DNA of 20,000 bases from the IMG/VR virus record IMGVR_UViG_3300042013_000063, one strand, 5' to 3'. The stretch is from an uncultured virus (IMG/VR IMGVR_UViG_3300042013_000063). Taxonomy: Duplodnaviria > Heunggongvirae > Uroviricota > Caudoviricetes. A program made the position numbers and the translations under genes. The notes beneath the pieces are model-generated. The model had not been told where the DNA came from, did no database searches, and saw only the letters and a program-made list of their open reading frames with translations. This document shows positions 1-8,343 of the stretch, in pieces. Each line of letters begins with the position of its first letter. Position 1 is the first letter of the stretch.

Positions 1-1
1 G

Positions 2-922
2 TTCTTGAAGGCTACCCCAAAGGGTACTTACTTCGCCCCAGAAGAAACCTCCGCTGTTCTGATCCACGAAATGGGTCACGGCGTGATGTACCTGCGTTAC
101 TTGGGTGGCAACGTACTGTCCAACATCGTGGTCGCGGAAGTCTGCAAGCAGATCCAAGGTGGGGCTGACCCAATCATCGTCCGTGACATCCTCAAGGTCG
201 CTGAGCAGAAGACTGGCTACCGCATCAAAGACCTCGGCACCATCGACAAGAACCCTGATCCTCTGTTGGTTCAGCAAGTCGTGATGGCTGAGATGATTGA
301 GCGTATCCGTTCTGACCTCGGCACCAAGTACTACGACGCCCGTGCGTTCGAGTTTGTGGCTGACCAGTTCGCTGCTCGCCATGGCGGTGCTGCACACATC
401 GTGAAAGCTCTGGACCGTATGTACCGCGACTGCGGCTACCGTCCACTGGAATACAACGGTCGCTTTGCTCACTTCATGCTGGCTCTCGTGACTAACGCCA
501 AGATGATCATCGGTGTGGTCTACATGGGTTATGCCCTTGGTGCAGTGGCGGCTCTGGTTACCGGCGGTGTCACCGTCGTAGTAGGCGTTGCGTTCGCTAC
601 CCTTGTGACCATCCTCGGTGGCGGTGACATCTACGATGACGTCCCGAACCGCTTCATGGCAATGCGTCGTGAGCTGATCGCTTCTACTAAGGATCAGAAC
701 CTCACCCAGCAGCAACGTGCCAAGCTGATCATCGACATCGGCGAGATCGACAAGGTGATGAAGAACATCACCGAAGTCAAATTCGGTCCTGGTTTCTTCA
801 GGGACTTCATGGCGGGCGTCTTCACTGGTAAGACCGCACAGATGAAGTTCATGCGTACTCTGGAAGAGCTGGCGAACAACCGTCTCTTCGAACTCTCCAA
901 CCAACTTCAAGCTCAAGCATAA
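2..922 (+). CDS. 5'-partial putative virion protein with zinc metallopeptidase (M48/HtpX-like) motifs and a hydrophobic hairpin; position resembles phiKZ gp84
   Basis: The frame is open from the window edge. It contains VLIHEMGH (HExxH, nt 65-79), then AFEFVADQFAARHG..IVKALDRM (ExxAD third-ligand pattern), a long Gly/Ala/Val hydrophobic stretch (~nt 464-625) and a helical C-terminus. Codon bias is strong. Confidence 0.72.
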   Translation, partial: FLKATPKGTYFAPEETSAVLIHEMGHGVMYLRYLGGNVLSNIVVAEVCKQIQGGADPIIVRDILKVAEQKTGYRIKDLGTIDKNPDPLLVQQVVMAEMIERIRSDLGTKYYDARAFEFVADQFAARHGGAAHIVKALDRMYRDCGYRPLEYNGRFAHFMLALVTNAKMIIGVVYMGYALGAVAALVTGGVTVVVGVAFATLVTILGGGDIYDDVPNRFMAMRRELIASTKDQNLTQQQRAKLIIDIGEIDKVMKNITEVKFGPGFFRDFMAGVFTGKTAQMKFMRTLEELANNRLFELSNQLQAQA

Positions 923-933
923 GCGAGACCGAT

Positions 934-1383
934 ATGAACATTGTGGAACTTCTGAAACACCTCGACAGCGTCTGTGGCGACGGCGTCGATCGCAAGGCTT
1001 ACCTTGAAGTCTGCTTGGGCGCTGAACTGGCGTTTGCAATCCCGCTGCCAACCATGCCTGTGGGCAACGTAGTGCAGCAGTTCGAAGACGTCGGTGGTGC
1101 ACAAGCCAAACGCGTCATCGGCGAGATCAACGAGATGTTCCCGATCTCCACCCAGATCTGCTACAACCTGGCCGTGGACTTCTACAAAGCACGCTACACC
1201 ATGGTGCACGAACCACGCCTGCTCAATGGTGGCGATATCTCCCGTCTGCTGAACCGTCCGGCTGTTGAATGCGCGATGACTGAAACTCATCAGAACGCCC
1301 TGTTCAACAACTACGCTGGCATGACCCGCTCCAGTCTGTCTGAGTTCATTACCCGGTATGTAGCCCCTACTACCGTGGCGTAA
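934..1383 (+). CDS. small virion/minor head protein (phiKZ gp85-like by synteny)
   Basis: 149-aa ORF starting 11 nt after the upstream stop, with the same codon bias and followed by a hairpin. Function is inferred from position only. Confidence 0.6.
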   Translation: MNIVELLKHLDSVCGDGVDRKAYLEVCLGAELAFAIPLPTMPVGNVVQQFEDVGGAQAKRVIGEINEMFPISTQICYNLAVDFYKARYTMVHEPRLLNGGDISRLLNRPAVECAMTETHQNALFNNYAGMTRSSLSEFITRYVAPTTVA

Positions 1384-1389
1384 ACCCCT

Positions 1390-1415
1390 CCATGGCGCTC
1401 GTGAGAGCGCCATGG
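1390..1415 (+). terminator. intergenic stem-loop (terminator or processing hairpin)
   Basis: CCATGGCGCTC-GTGA-GAGCGCCATGG is a perfect 11-bp stem with a GNRA loop, 6 nt after the stop codon. It is followed by TCTATTTCCG rather than a long T run. Confidence 0.7.
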
Positions 1416-1435
1416 TCTATTTCCGAGGTAGTGAC

Positions 1436-2788
1436 ATGAGTGAGATGATCAGTGAGTCAGGAGCCGTCCGTGAACCCAACGAGATTGCAGCTTCCGACTT
1501 CAGCGATGCTCCAGCGCCAGCATTGTCGACCACAGACGACCCTGCAATGATGGCTATCCCAGAGGTCTCGATGGAAGAAGCCGAAGAGATTCTGGAAGAC
1601 ACTGGCCCGATCTTGGGTGATCCAGAATCCGATGCTGAATTGGATCAGTTGCACGTCAGTCTGTCGAGTTCGCTCGAACAGTTGAACAGCGTGCGTCAAG
1701 AACTGCTCGATGCAGGGCACATCAACCGTTCCGAAGCAGCGATGTTGAAGAACCTGACGGCTTCCGCTGAATCGATCAGTGGCTTCTTCCAACGCATGCC
1801 GGTCTCCAGCTTTACTGAGATGGATTCTAAGGTTAACTACAGTGCCACCTGCGAAAGCTTGGGCAAGTCGATCGTTGACACGGTGATCAACATCATCAAA
1901 ACGATCTTCAAGTACATCGTGGCCATCGGTAAGTGGTTCATCTCCTTCCTCACTGGTCGCCGTCGTAAAGACCAGCTCAACGATCAAGCTGATAAGGCGG
2001 TCGAGAAGAAGAATCAGGAGCTGGACAAGAAGTCAGCGGAAGATCACCTTGATGACCTGCGTGCTCAGCGCGTGGCAGATCGTAAGGTGCGTGTGGAGGC
2101 GGCCTCGAAGAAGCTGCAACCACTCTACACACGTCTGGTTGAACTGCTCATTGATCAACCTGCTGCGGGTCCTGGCGATCCATTGTGTCGCGATGAGTTA
2201 GTGGGCTTCGCTAATCTGTCGCAGTCGAAAGAGATCACCCAGCAGATCAAAGAAGCGTCAGGCTGGAGTCACCAAGCGGTGATCAACGTCACTCACGAAC
2301 AGTCGTACTTCATTAACTCGTACAGCACCATGGCTAAGGCGTATCCGAAGCTGAACTCACTCCCATTGAAAGACCTGTGCAACTATCCTGGTCTGCTCAC
2401 TGTGCTCAGGACGTTCAAGTCGTACATTCAAGGCCTGTCTACTCAAAAGTCGAACGCCGAGATTGATGACCCTTGTCTTGAAGTCGTGCGCAAGTTCAAC
2501 CAGAACACACCGCATGTCCGCTTCAACAGTTTGCTGGGTGTCATTGAGACCAACCTCAAGGTTAACGAAGACACCTTGAAGGCGATCGAAGCGAACACCG
2601 AGAAGATGAAGTCGGCTACCTGGGTACCAGATGACTTCTTCCCATCGCGTCAACGTGCTGCACAGCAAGTGAAAGACAAGCAACTGGTTCTGCAAGAGCT
2701 GGCACAGATTCAGGCCCTCTTGGCCGCTGCGCGTGATCGCAGTAGCCAGATCGCTCTCGAATACGCCCGCGCTCGCGGCGACTACTGA
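1436..2788 (+). CDS. internal/minor head protein with acidic propeptide (phiKZ gp86-like)
   Basis: The ORF-track start at 1412 lies inside the hairpin, whereas ATG 1436 has GAGGT at 1425-1429. The acidic N-terminus has SME, SLE, SAE and SFTEMDSKVNYSATCES, followed by the amphipathic helix SLGKSIVDTVINIIKTIFKYIVAIGKWFISFL. Confidence 0.72.
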   Translation: MSEMISESGAVREPNEIAASDFSDAPAPALSTTDDPAMMAIPEVSMEEAEEILEDTGPILGDPESDAELDQLHVSLSSSLEQLNSVRQELLDAGHINRSEAAMLKNLTASAESISGFFQRMPVSSFTEMDSKVNYSATCESLGKSIVDTVINIIKTIFKYIVAIGKWFISFLTGRRRKDQLNDQADKAVEKKNQELDKKSAEDHLDDLRAQRVADRKVRVEAASKKLQPLYTRLVELLIDQPAAGPGDPLCRDELVGFANLSQSKEITQQIKEASGWSHQAVINVTHEQSYFINSYSTMAKAYPKLNSLPLKDLCNYPGLLTVLRTFKSYIQGLSTQKSNAEIDDPCLEVVRKFNQNTPHVRFNSLLGVIETNLKVNEDTLKAIEANTEKMKSATWVPDDFFPSRQRAAQQVKDKQLVLQELAQIQALLAAARDRSSQIALEYARARGDY

Positions 2789-2794
2789 CGACAA

Positions 2795-2831
2795 CATAGA
2801 GCCCCGGAGCAGTGCGCTCCGGGGCTCTATG
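2795..2831. terminator. bidirectional stem-loop between convergent genes
   Basis: CATAGAGCCCCGGAGC-AGTGC-GCTCCGGGGCTCTATG is a perfect 16-bp stem filling the gap between the stops at 2788 (+) and 2835 (-). Confidence 0.85.
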
Positions 2832-2834
2832 CCG

Positions 2835-5780
2835 TTACTCAGGTAATGCGTGGAGCTTGAACTGGATGTCGATACGGTCTTCGACACTGTACGTCTTGTT
2901 CGGCAACGAGACGAGCTTCTTACCGATCGTGATCCGGGAGGTATCATCCGCCATGGACACAACACGATAATCCGCTACGCCACCGAGACCGGCAACGTCC
3001 ACGCCAATCACGTCATCACCGCCAATCGCTTTAAGCTGGCGTTCAATGGCGTCACGGGTGACCAGAGGTTCTCTCAACAACTCAGTGATGGTGCGACGAG
3101 TCGTGCGACGGATCTCTGCCTGTAGAGCCAAGTTCTCCGCAACCTTCTTGGTCACGTAGTACACGATCTCAAACGACTGAGCCGCTTCCATGGACATGAT
3201 CTCAGAACTGTCCACAATCGCCTGCACACGCCCGATGGTTGCTTTCGGGTGGAACTTCAACTGCGTCTGCTCAAGTACCTTCTTGCGGATCGGAGCCAAC
3301 GTGGTGTTGACCCACTCAACGATCTGCAATGGAACAGTGGTCTTGTAGTCGATGTCAGTCTGTGCAGTGGCGAAGTAGTACACCCCATCGAACAGACACA
3401 GTTCCACTTGACGGGTGATCGTGCGAGGAGACACCACAATCGGTACACCGTCTTGAAGCACGGTTTGACCAATGCGATGCAGCCAGTCCACGGTGATCCC
3501 ATCTTCGAGGTACTTGATGTCACCAGCCTTGTGAGCGTAGATGACCACCCAACGACCATCTGCATCCTTTTCCATCTGCAATGACTGGTCAGGGTTGCGA
3601 GCTGGTTCGTTCGCTGTGTAGCGCTTCGGAATATCTTCGTCGTACTTGAGGTAGGACTCTTCCCCGATCGTCGAACGAGCACGTGCCCAGAGGCCACTGA
3701 GTTCATAACCCAATGTCATGGTTACTTGTTCGTGGTACAGACCGGTGATTGGGTCATCGAAGAGGAACATCCCCATGTCCTGATCGACAGTCGTCAGGTC
3801 GCCGGTCTCCACAACGCCTGTCAACACACCGTAGAAGATGTCGAACACGTCGTTCAGTTTCACCGGATAAGGGTGAGGACTGATCCCATCAATTTCAAAG
3901 CCGTCCAAGTACAGCGAGTGTTCCTTGGTCCCGCCGTTGTAAGCCACGTCCCATGTCGAATCGAACTGGAACTCGAAGATCCATTCCTTAGAGGAAGGGT
4001 CACGACCAATCAATGTACCGTTCTTGTAGCAACGCCCGGCTTCGCCCAGCGGCACGTAAGCCAATTGCGCTACGACTGCATCATCGTCCAACGCTTTCAG
4101 ACTGTCCGTACTGTTGGTCATCACGCGCAACGCCCAACCATTGTCAGTACGACGCAGGTCATGCGAACTGCTGCTCACACCTACACCCAGTGTGCCGTTA
4201 CTTGCTTTGTAGAACCGTCGAGTGATCTTAGGTTCGCCGAAGTAGTAAGGACGCACAGTGAAGACGTTGCCAGCAAAGTCATACACGTAATGGAACGGGG
4301 TGTAGAGGTACTGGCCGTTGGTCACCTTCTCAACCCGCAAGTCACCTTCCAAGGACAGGATGGCATCGCGTTCTTCAGAAGTGATGATGCTCAGGAAGCC
4401 ACCTTCGTTCTTGTACAGGGTCGTTGGCAGGATGGTAATACGCTCACCATTGTCCACCACGTCGGCTGAAGTCAGGATCTCGTTGGTGGTCTTCATCAAC
4501 GTCACCACGTTACTGCCTACGCCGGTCGACACTTCAGCAATGTCTGGAGCAGGGAGTTCACGGGTGGCCAGATACAGACGAGTCGTCACGTTGTCCTGAA
4601 CGGTAACGCAGCTGAAGCCGGCATCGGTCATGCGATCCAATTGCGACTGGATCTGCACGTTGGTGATCGGCAGATCGATTGGCCCCAAGGCGTTGTTGAT
4701 CACACGCTCTTTCAGCTTCTCGAAGGAGATCTCGTTCGAACCCCCACTGGCAATCGTACTGGCCACAATGAAACCGTCGGTGATCGTAGCCACCGGCGCA
4801 GTGAACTTGCGCTTGTCGTCGTTGTTCAGGTCACGCCAGAATGGAATGAACGAACCGGCTTCGTACGTCGACAGGTCGATCTCGAGCACACCCTTCGTCG
4901 AGTAGATGTCAATCCGCAGTTCACGGGTGACCATGCCAGTCGAGTAGTAGATCTGCGGGATGGAGACGTTGAGCTTATTGTCATCCAAGACGCGCAGCAA
5001 GGCGGTCGGTTCTTGTGGGTTGAAGACCTGATCACTGTGCGTGGTCTTGATCTCAGTCCACGTGCCATCCTCATTGGAGGTGTACACTCGGCAGTGATAA
5101 TAACGATCATCGTAGCCGTAGGTCTTGTCGAACACCTTAGCGGCGGATAGTGCGGTCGTGTAGCTCTTGAGGAGCATCTGGTACACAGGTACCGAGATCT
5201 GCACGTATTCCGAATTGCCGATGTTGTAGTTGTCGATAGCCCACTCAACGTTGTTCGTCTCCAATGTCTGGAGCGGACTGATGAGCGAGTTGTCGTACAC
5301 GATCTGAAACCCACCGTGCGGCAGGATACGGATCTCAATCGGGTATTGCAGAGTGAACGGGATTGCCCCGGCCATGACCTGAGTGTCACGTCCAATGACC
5401 AACTTGCGCACGCCACTGATACCCGTCGGTACGGACTTGGCAATCAACTCATCTTTACTGAAGTTGAACACCAAGGTCGTGGTCGAAGGGTTTGCAAACG
5501 TACCGATGTAATCGGTCGTCGACATGTGGTGGTACAAGTCAGCACGGGTCTGGGCCAACTCAGGATACTGTTTCGAGACACTGATCTCGTTCTTACGAAC
5601 GGCGTTCACGAACATGGTTGCTGCCATCTCGCCCAGATACACAAATGCGTTACTGGCGTCGACGATCTCAACCTCACCCCCTCGCACTTTCTCGAGGAAT
5701 TGGATGCTGCCTTTCTGAACAGCCATCGGGTTCAGTTTGGCCCTGTCGATCAACAGATCCAAATCAGATCTTGCTGCCAT
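2835..5780 (-). CDS. large virion structural protein, probable baseplate wedge (T4 gp6/baseplate J-like; phiKZ gp87-like)
   Basis: 981-aa beta-rich ORF. ASGGSNEISFEKLKERVINNA resembles the GG-x-x-E-x-x-E-x-L-(R/K)-x-R motif of baseplate J/gp6 proteins. Size and inverted orientation fit phiKZ-like genomes. Confidence 0.72.
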   Translation of the reverse strand: MAARSDLDLLIDRAKLNPMAVQKGSIQFLEKVRGGEVEIVDASNAFVYLGEMAATMFVNAVRKNEISVSKQYPELAQTRADLYHHMSTTDYIGTFANPSTTTLVFNFSKDELIAKSVPTGISGVRKLVIGRDTQVMAGAIPFTLQYPIEIRILPHGGFQIVYDNSLISPLQTLETNNVEWAIDNYNIGNSEYVQISVPVYQMLLKSYTTALSAAKVFDKTYGYDDRYYHCRVYTSNEDGTWTEIKTTHSDQVFNPQEPTALLRVLDDNKLNVSIPQIYYSTGMVTRELRIDIYSTKGVLEIDLSTYEAGSFIPFWRDLNNDDKRKFTAPVATITDGFIVASTIASGGSNEISFEKLKERVINNALGPIDLPITNVQIQSQLDRMTDAGFSCVTVQDNVTTRLYLATRELPAPDIAEVSTGVGSNVVTLMKTTNEILTSADVVDNGERITILPTTLYKNEGGFLSIITSEERDAILSLEGDLRVEKVTNGQYLYTPFHYVYDFAGNVFTVRPYYFGEPKITRRFYKASNGTLGVGVSSSSHDLRRTDNGWALRVMTNSTDSLKALDDDAVVAQLAYVPLGEAGRCYKNGTLIGRDPSSKEWIFEFQFDSTWDVAYNGGTKEHSLYLDGFEIDGISPHPYPVKLNDVFDIFYGVLTGVVETGDLTTVDQDMGMFLFDDPITGLYHEQVTMTLGYELSGLWARARSTIGEESYLKYDEDIPKRYTANEPARNPDQSLQMEKDADGRWVVIYAHKAGDIKYLEDGITVDWLHRIGQTVLQDGVPIVVSPRTITRQVELCLFDGVYYFATAQTDIDYKTTVPLQIVEWVNTTLAPIRKKVLEQTQLKFHPKATIGRVQAIVDSSEIMSMEAAQSFEIVYYVTKKVAENLALQAEIRRTTRRTITELLREPLVTRDAIERQLKAIGGDDVIGVDVAGLGGVADYRVVSMADDTSRITIGKKLVSLPNKTYSVEDRIDIQFKLHALPE

Positions 5781-5782
5781 GT

Positions 5783-6916
5783 TTAGTTCCCCACGGTTGT
5801 TTGAATGCCCTGTGCACGGCTGACGGTATCGCCTTCCAGTTTGCCTTGGGTGTAATCAATGTAAACGTCGTTGTCTACCCACCATTCAAGCTCGTTGTCT
5901 TTCTCGAGATTGATCCATGGGAAACCACGGTAGTTGAAGAGTTTGCGTTCTTCTGGAGTGATCTTCTGCATCCGATCTTCACGGACGTCATCACCCATGT
6001 CGCCGTTGAACATGACCGTCGTCTTGTTGAATTCCCACAAGGTGATTGGGTCATTGTATTCGGCCACGGTGCACGCAAACGGAATTTGAATGCTCTTGTT
6101 GGCTTCGCTGTACGGTAGGTCACGGTTGTAGTTGAACCCGGAACCAATCGACAGACCGGTTGGGAAACCAGCGCCACATGCTGCCCACTTCTGGATGTAA
6201 CGCCCAGACCAGTCCGTCAAGAACCGGTAAATTCGAGTGTTGTAATCCATTTCAGTTTGCAGAATGCTGTAACCGGCAGCATGGATTTTCGTGCCCATAT
6301 ACACGCCACCGATGTAAAGAAGCCAAGCAAAGAAAGTCAATGATATAGGATCGCCCAGCGTATTCTCGAAAGTACAGTCAAGGTCAAACCGACCGTTGAT
6401 CTCGGCGATGGAGTCGTTCATCATCCAGACTTCTTTGGCCATACCTTCGTTACTGCTGTAAGCGTGAAGGGTCATATCCGGCCAGCCAGACATCGCGGTG
6501 AGTGAGTTACTCAACAGCGGCATAAAGGCATTACGGTTGTCGAACAGGGTTTTATCTCCTGCAATATCCGAGTTCTTTCCGTCGGGCCAAAGCATCCGGC
6601 GGATCACCCGGCTGTATGACGCAGGGATCTTACTGGCTAAAACCGACAACTGACGGATCGCCATCACGTTATCGTATGACAGATTCAAGTTTGGACGTGT
6701 AAAAAACGTCAACCCTTGCATGTCAGTGTTGGCTGGCAGGGGGTTACCTTGTTGACTCCGGTTGAATCCACCGAGGAGGTCATGGAACTGTGCTCCAGTA
6801 GACCCGTAACCCTGTTCGCGAGAGAGTCTCCGCATCAAAGCGTCGTCGCTATCGAACCCCCCGTTCTGGGCAATTACGTCCAGAACCTGTTTCATCAACT
6901 TATAATGGTCGTCCAT
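5783..6916 (-). CDS. virion structural protein, possible tail-tube/baseplate junction protein (phiKZ gp88-like)
   Basis: 377-aa ORF ending 2 nt before the start of the 981-aa gene. It contains QGLTFFTRPNLNLSYDN and DYNTRIYRF..D, segments I recognise from phiKZ-like virion proteins. The exact start and the structural role are uncertain. Confidence 0.62.
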   Translation of the reverse strand: MDDHYKLMKQVLDVIAQNGGFDSDDALMRRLSREQGYGSTGAQFHDLLGGFNRSQQGNPLPANTDMQGLTFFTRPNLNLSYDNVMAIRQLSVLASKIPASYSRVIRRMLWPDGKNSDIAGDKTLFDNRNAFMPLLSNSLTAMSGWPDMTLHAYSSNEGMAKEVWMMNDSIAEINGRFDLDCTFENTLGDPISLTFFAWLLYIGGVYMGTKIHAAGYSILQTEMDYNTRIYRFLTDWSGRYIQKWAACGAGFPTGLSIGSGFNYNRDLPYSEANKSIQIPFACTVAEYNDPITLWEFNKTTVMFNGDMGDDVREDRMQKITPEERKLFNYRGFPWINLEKDNELEWWVDNDVYIDYTQGKLEGDTVSRAQGIQTTVGN

Positions 6917-6948
6917 ACTTTCCCACCGCCTTAATAAAGGAATCTCTC

Positions 6949-8316
6949 ATGAACAAAACAGCCTCTCAGGAATCGCTGATTGTGCTCGGGGCTGCGGCTA
7001 TCGGTGTCGTTGGTACCGCTGTTGCCAAAGCACTAATCGAAAAACTCGGTAACGATGCAGCTGGCAAGGTCATCGAAGGCACTAAGCAAGTGCTCAAGGC
7101 GAATCAAGGCTCCACCGATCTGGTTCGTGTCACACAATCTGCCCGTGTTGAACCGATTCTCTTGATGGACCAACGCGCTTCGACCGTTCCGTTCATTCAA
7201 GATGTTGTACATAGTCTGTACAACCTTTTCTGTGGCTATTGGTTGCTGTCCGTTTCCCTGGACACCACCATCAACGGCGTGAGCGTGGGTCGCCGTCTGG
7301 ACAAGTTCGCCACTGACCGTGATCTGGCCGATGCGACTTCGTCGTATCTGGACAGCAGCATGAACAGCGGTACCAAAGCGTCGATGGATTCGTTCGACAT
7401 TGGTCTGCCATTTGCCAAGACCATTCTGCAAGCCAACTTCGAACAGTACCAGTCCGACATGCAGGCTGAGTTCGATGCGTACTCCGCTTCGATGGAAGCC
7501 GGTTACGATTGGGGCAAGAAGAAGCCTGACGGCACTCCATGGAACGAAGCGAACGATCCGAACGCCACTGTCGAATACGACCATGAGCGTAAAGCTCGTG
7601 AACAGGCTGAGAAAGATCGCGCCAATAACAAAGGCTCGAGCTCTCGTGTAGTTGATCCGGCCAAGGCCGTTCAGACTATCACCAACCTGGCCGTGGGTAA
7701 CATCGTTGAAGTCGTGATCTCCGAAGACGGCAAAGAAGCCCGTGTTCCGGTCATGATCCGTCTGCGTGTTGCTGGCATGAATCCTAAAGCCATCGTCCAG
7801 ACTCTGGCCGTTGGTGGTGTTGACATGTCCTTCCGCGGTCGCTGGAGAGCATGGCGTGCAGGCGAGCTGCGTTTCTGGTCTGACTTCGTAATGGCAATGG
7901 ATCGCGTTGACGCGCACCGTGCTGCTTCGATGAACGATGAAACCGGTTACTACAAAACCGTCTACAACCGCGCTAAGCGTAATGGCCTGGCTGAGATCCT
8001 GACCCAAGGCCCATCGCTGGGCACTGCGTCTTCGATCATCGTGATCACTCAACAGTCCGCTGATGAGTTGGAACGTGAGATCGGCGGTCAGCTGTCGAGC
8101 TTTAAAGTACGTCAAGGGATCTTCGGTCACACCTACAGCATGTTGCTGGCGGTAGTCGATCCAGATTGGGAATCCGTCACGATCTACACCCGTGGTATCG
8201 AGATGCCGACCAAACTGTCGAAGAACGACATGAAAGCGGCAGGCAAGTCCGACAGCAAAGAGCTGATGGACATCCTCAAATCGTACCAGCTGGGTAAAGC
8301 TCCTGGTCGTATCTAA
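6949..8316 (+). CDS. abundant head/inner-body protein (phiKZ gp89-like)
   Basis: 455 aa with an AAAGGA RBS and strong codon bias. It has SQE near the N-terminus and internal SMD/SME motifs, and is divergent from the gp88-like gene as in phiKZ. Confidence 0.7.
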   Translation: MNKTASQESLIVLGAAAIGVVGTAVAKALIEKLGNDAAGKVIEGTKQVLKANQGSTDLVRVTQSARVEPILLMDQRASTVPFIQDVVHSLYNLFCGYWLLSVSLDTTINGVSVGRRLDKFATDRDLADATSSYLDSSMNSGTKASMDSFDIGLPFAKTILQANFEQYQSDMQAEFDAYSASMEAGYDWGKKKPDGTPWNEANDPNATVEYDHERKAREQAEKDRANNKGSSSRVVDPAKAVQTITNLAVGNIVEVVISEDGKEARVPVMIRLRVAGMNPKAIVQTLAVGGVDMSFRGRWRAWRAGELRFWSDFVMAMDRVDAHRAASMNDETGYYKTVYNRAKRNGLAEILTQGPSLGTASSIIVITQQSADELEREIGGQLSSFKVRQGIFGHTYSMLLAVVDPDWESVTIYTRGIEMPTKLSKNDMKAAGKSDSKELMDILKSYQLGKAPGRI

Positions 8317-8343
8317 CCCTTCGCACTTTAAAGGAAGACACTC

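Noticed and set aside
2850..5786. Several + strand ORFs opposite the 981-aa gene
   Set aside because: Fragmented shadow frames of the minus-strand baseplate gene.
6901..6906. TATAAT as a host sigma70 -10 box for the gp89-like gene
   Set aside because: There is no recognisable -35 at the right spacing, it lies within the opposite gene's coding sequence, and phiKZ-like phages rely on their own RNA polymerases.
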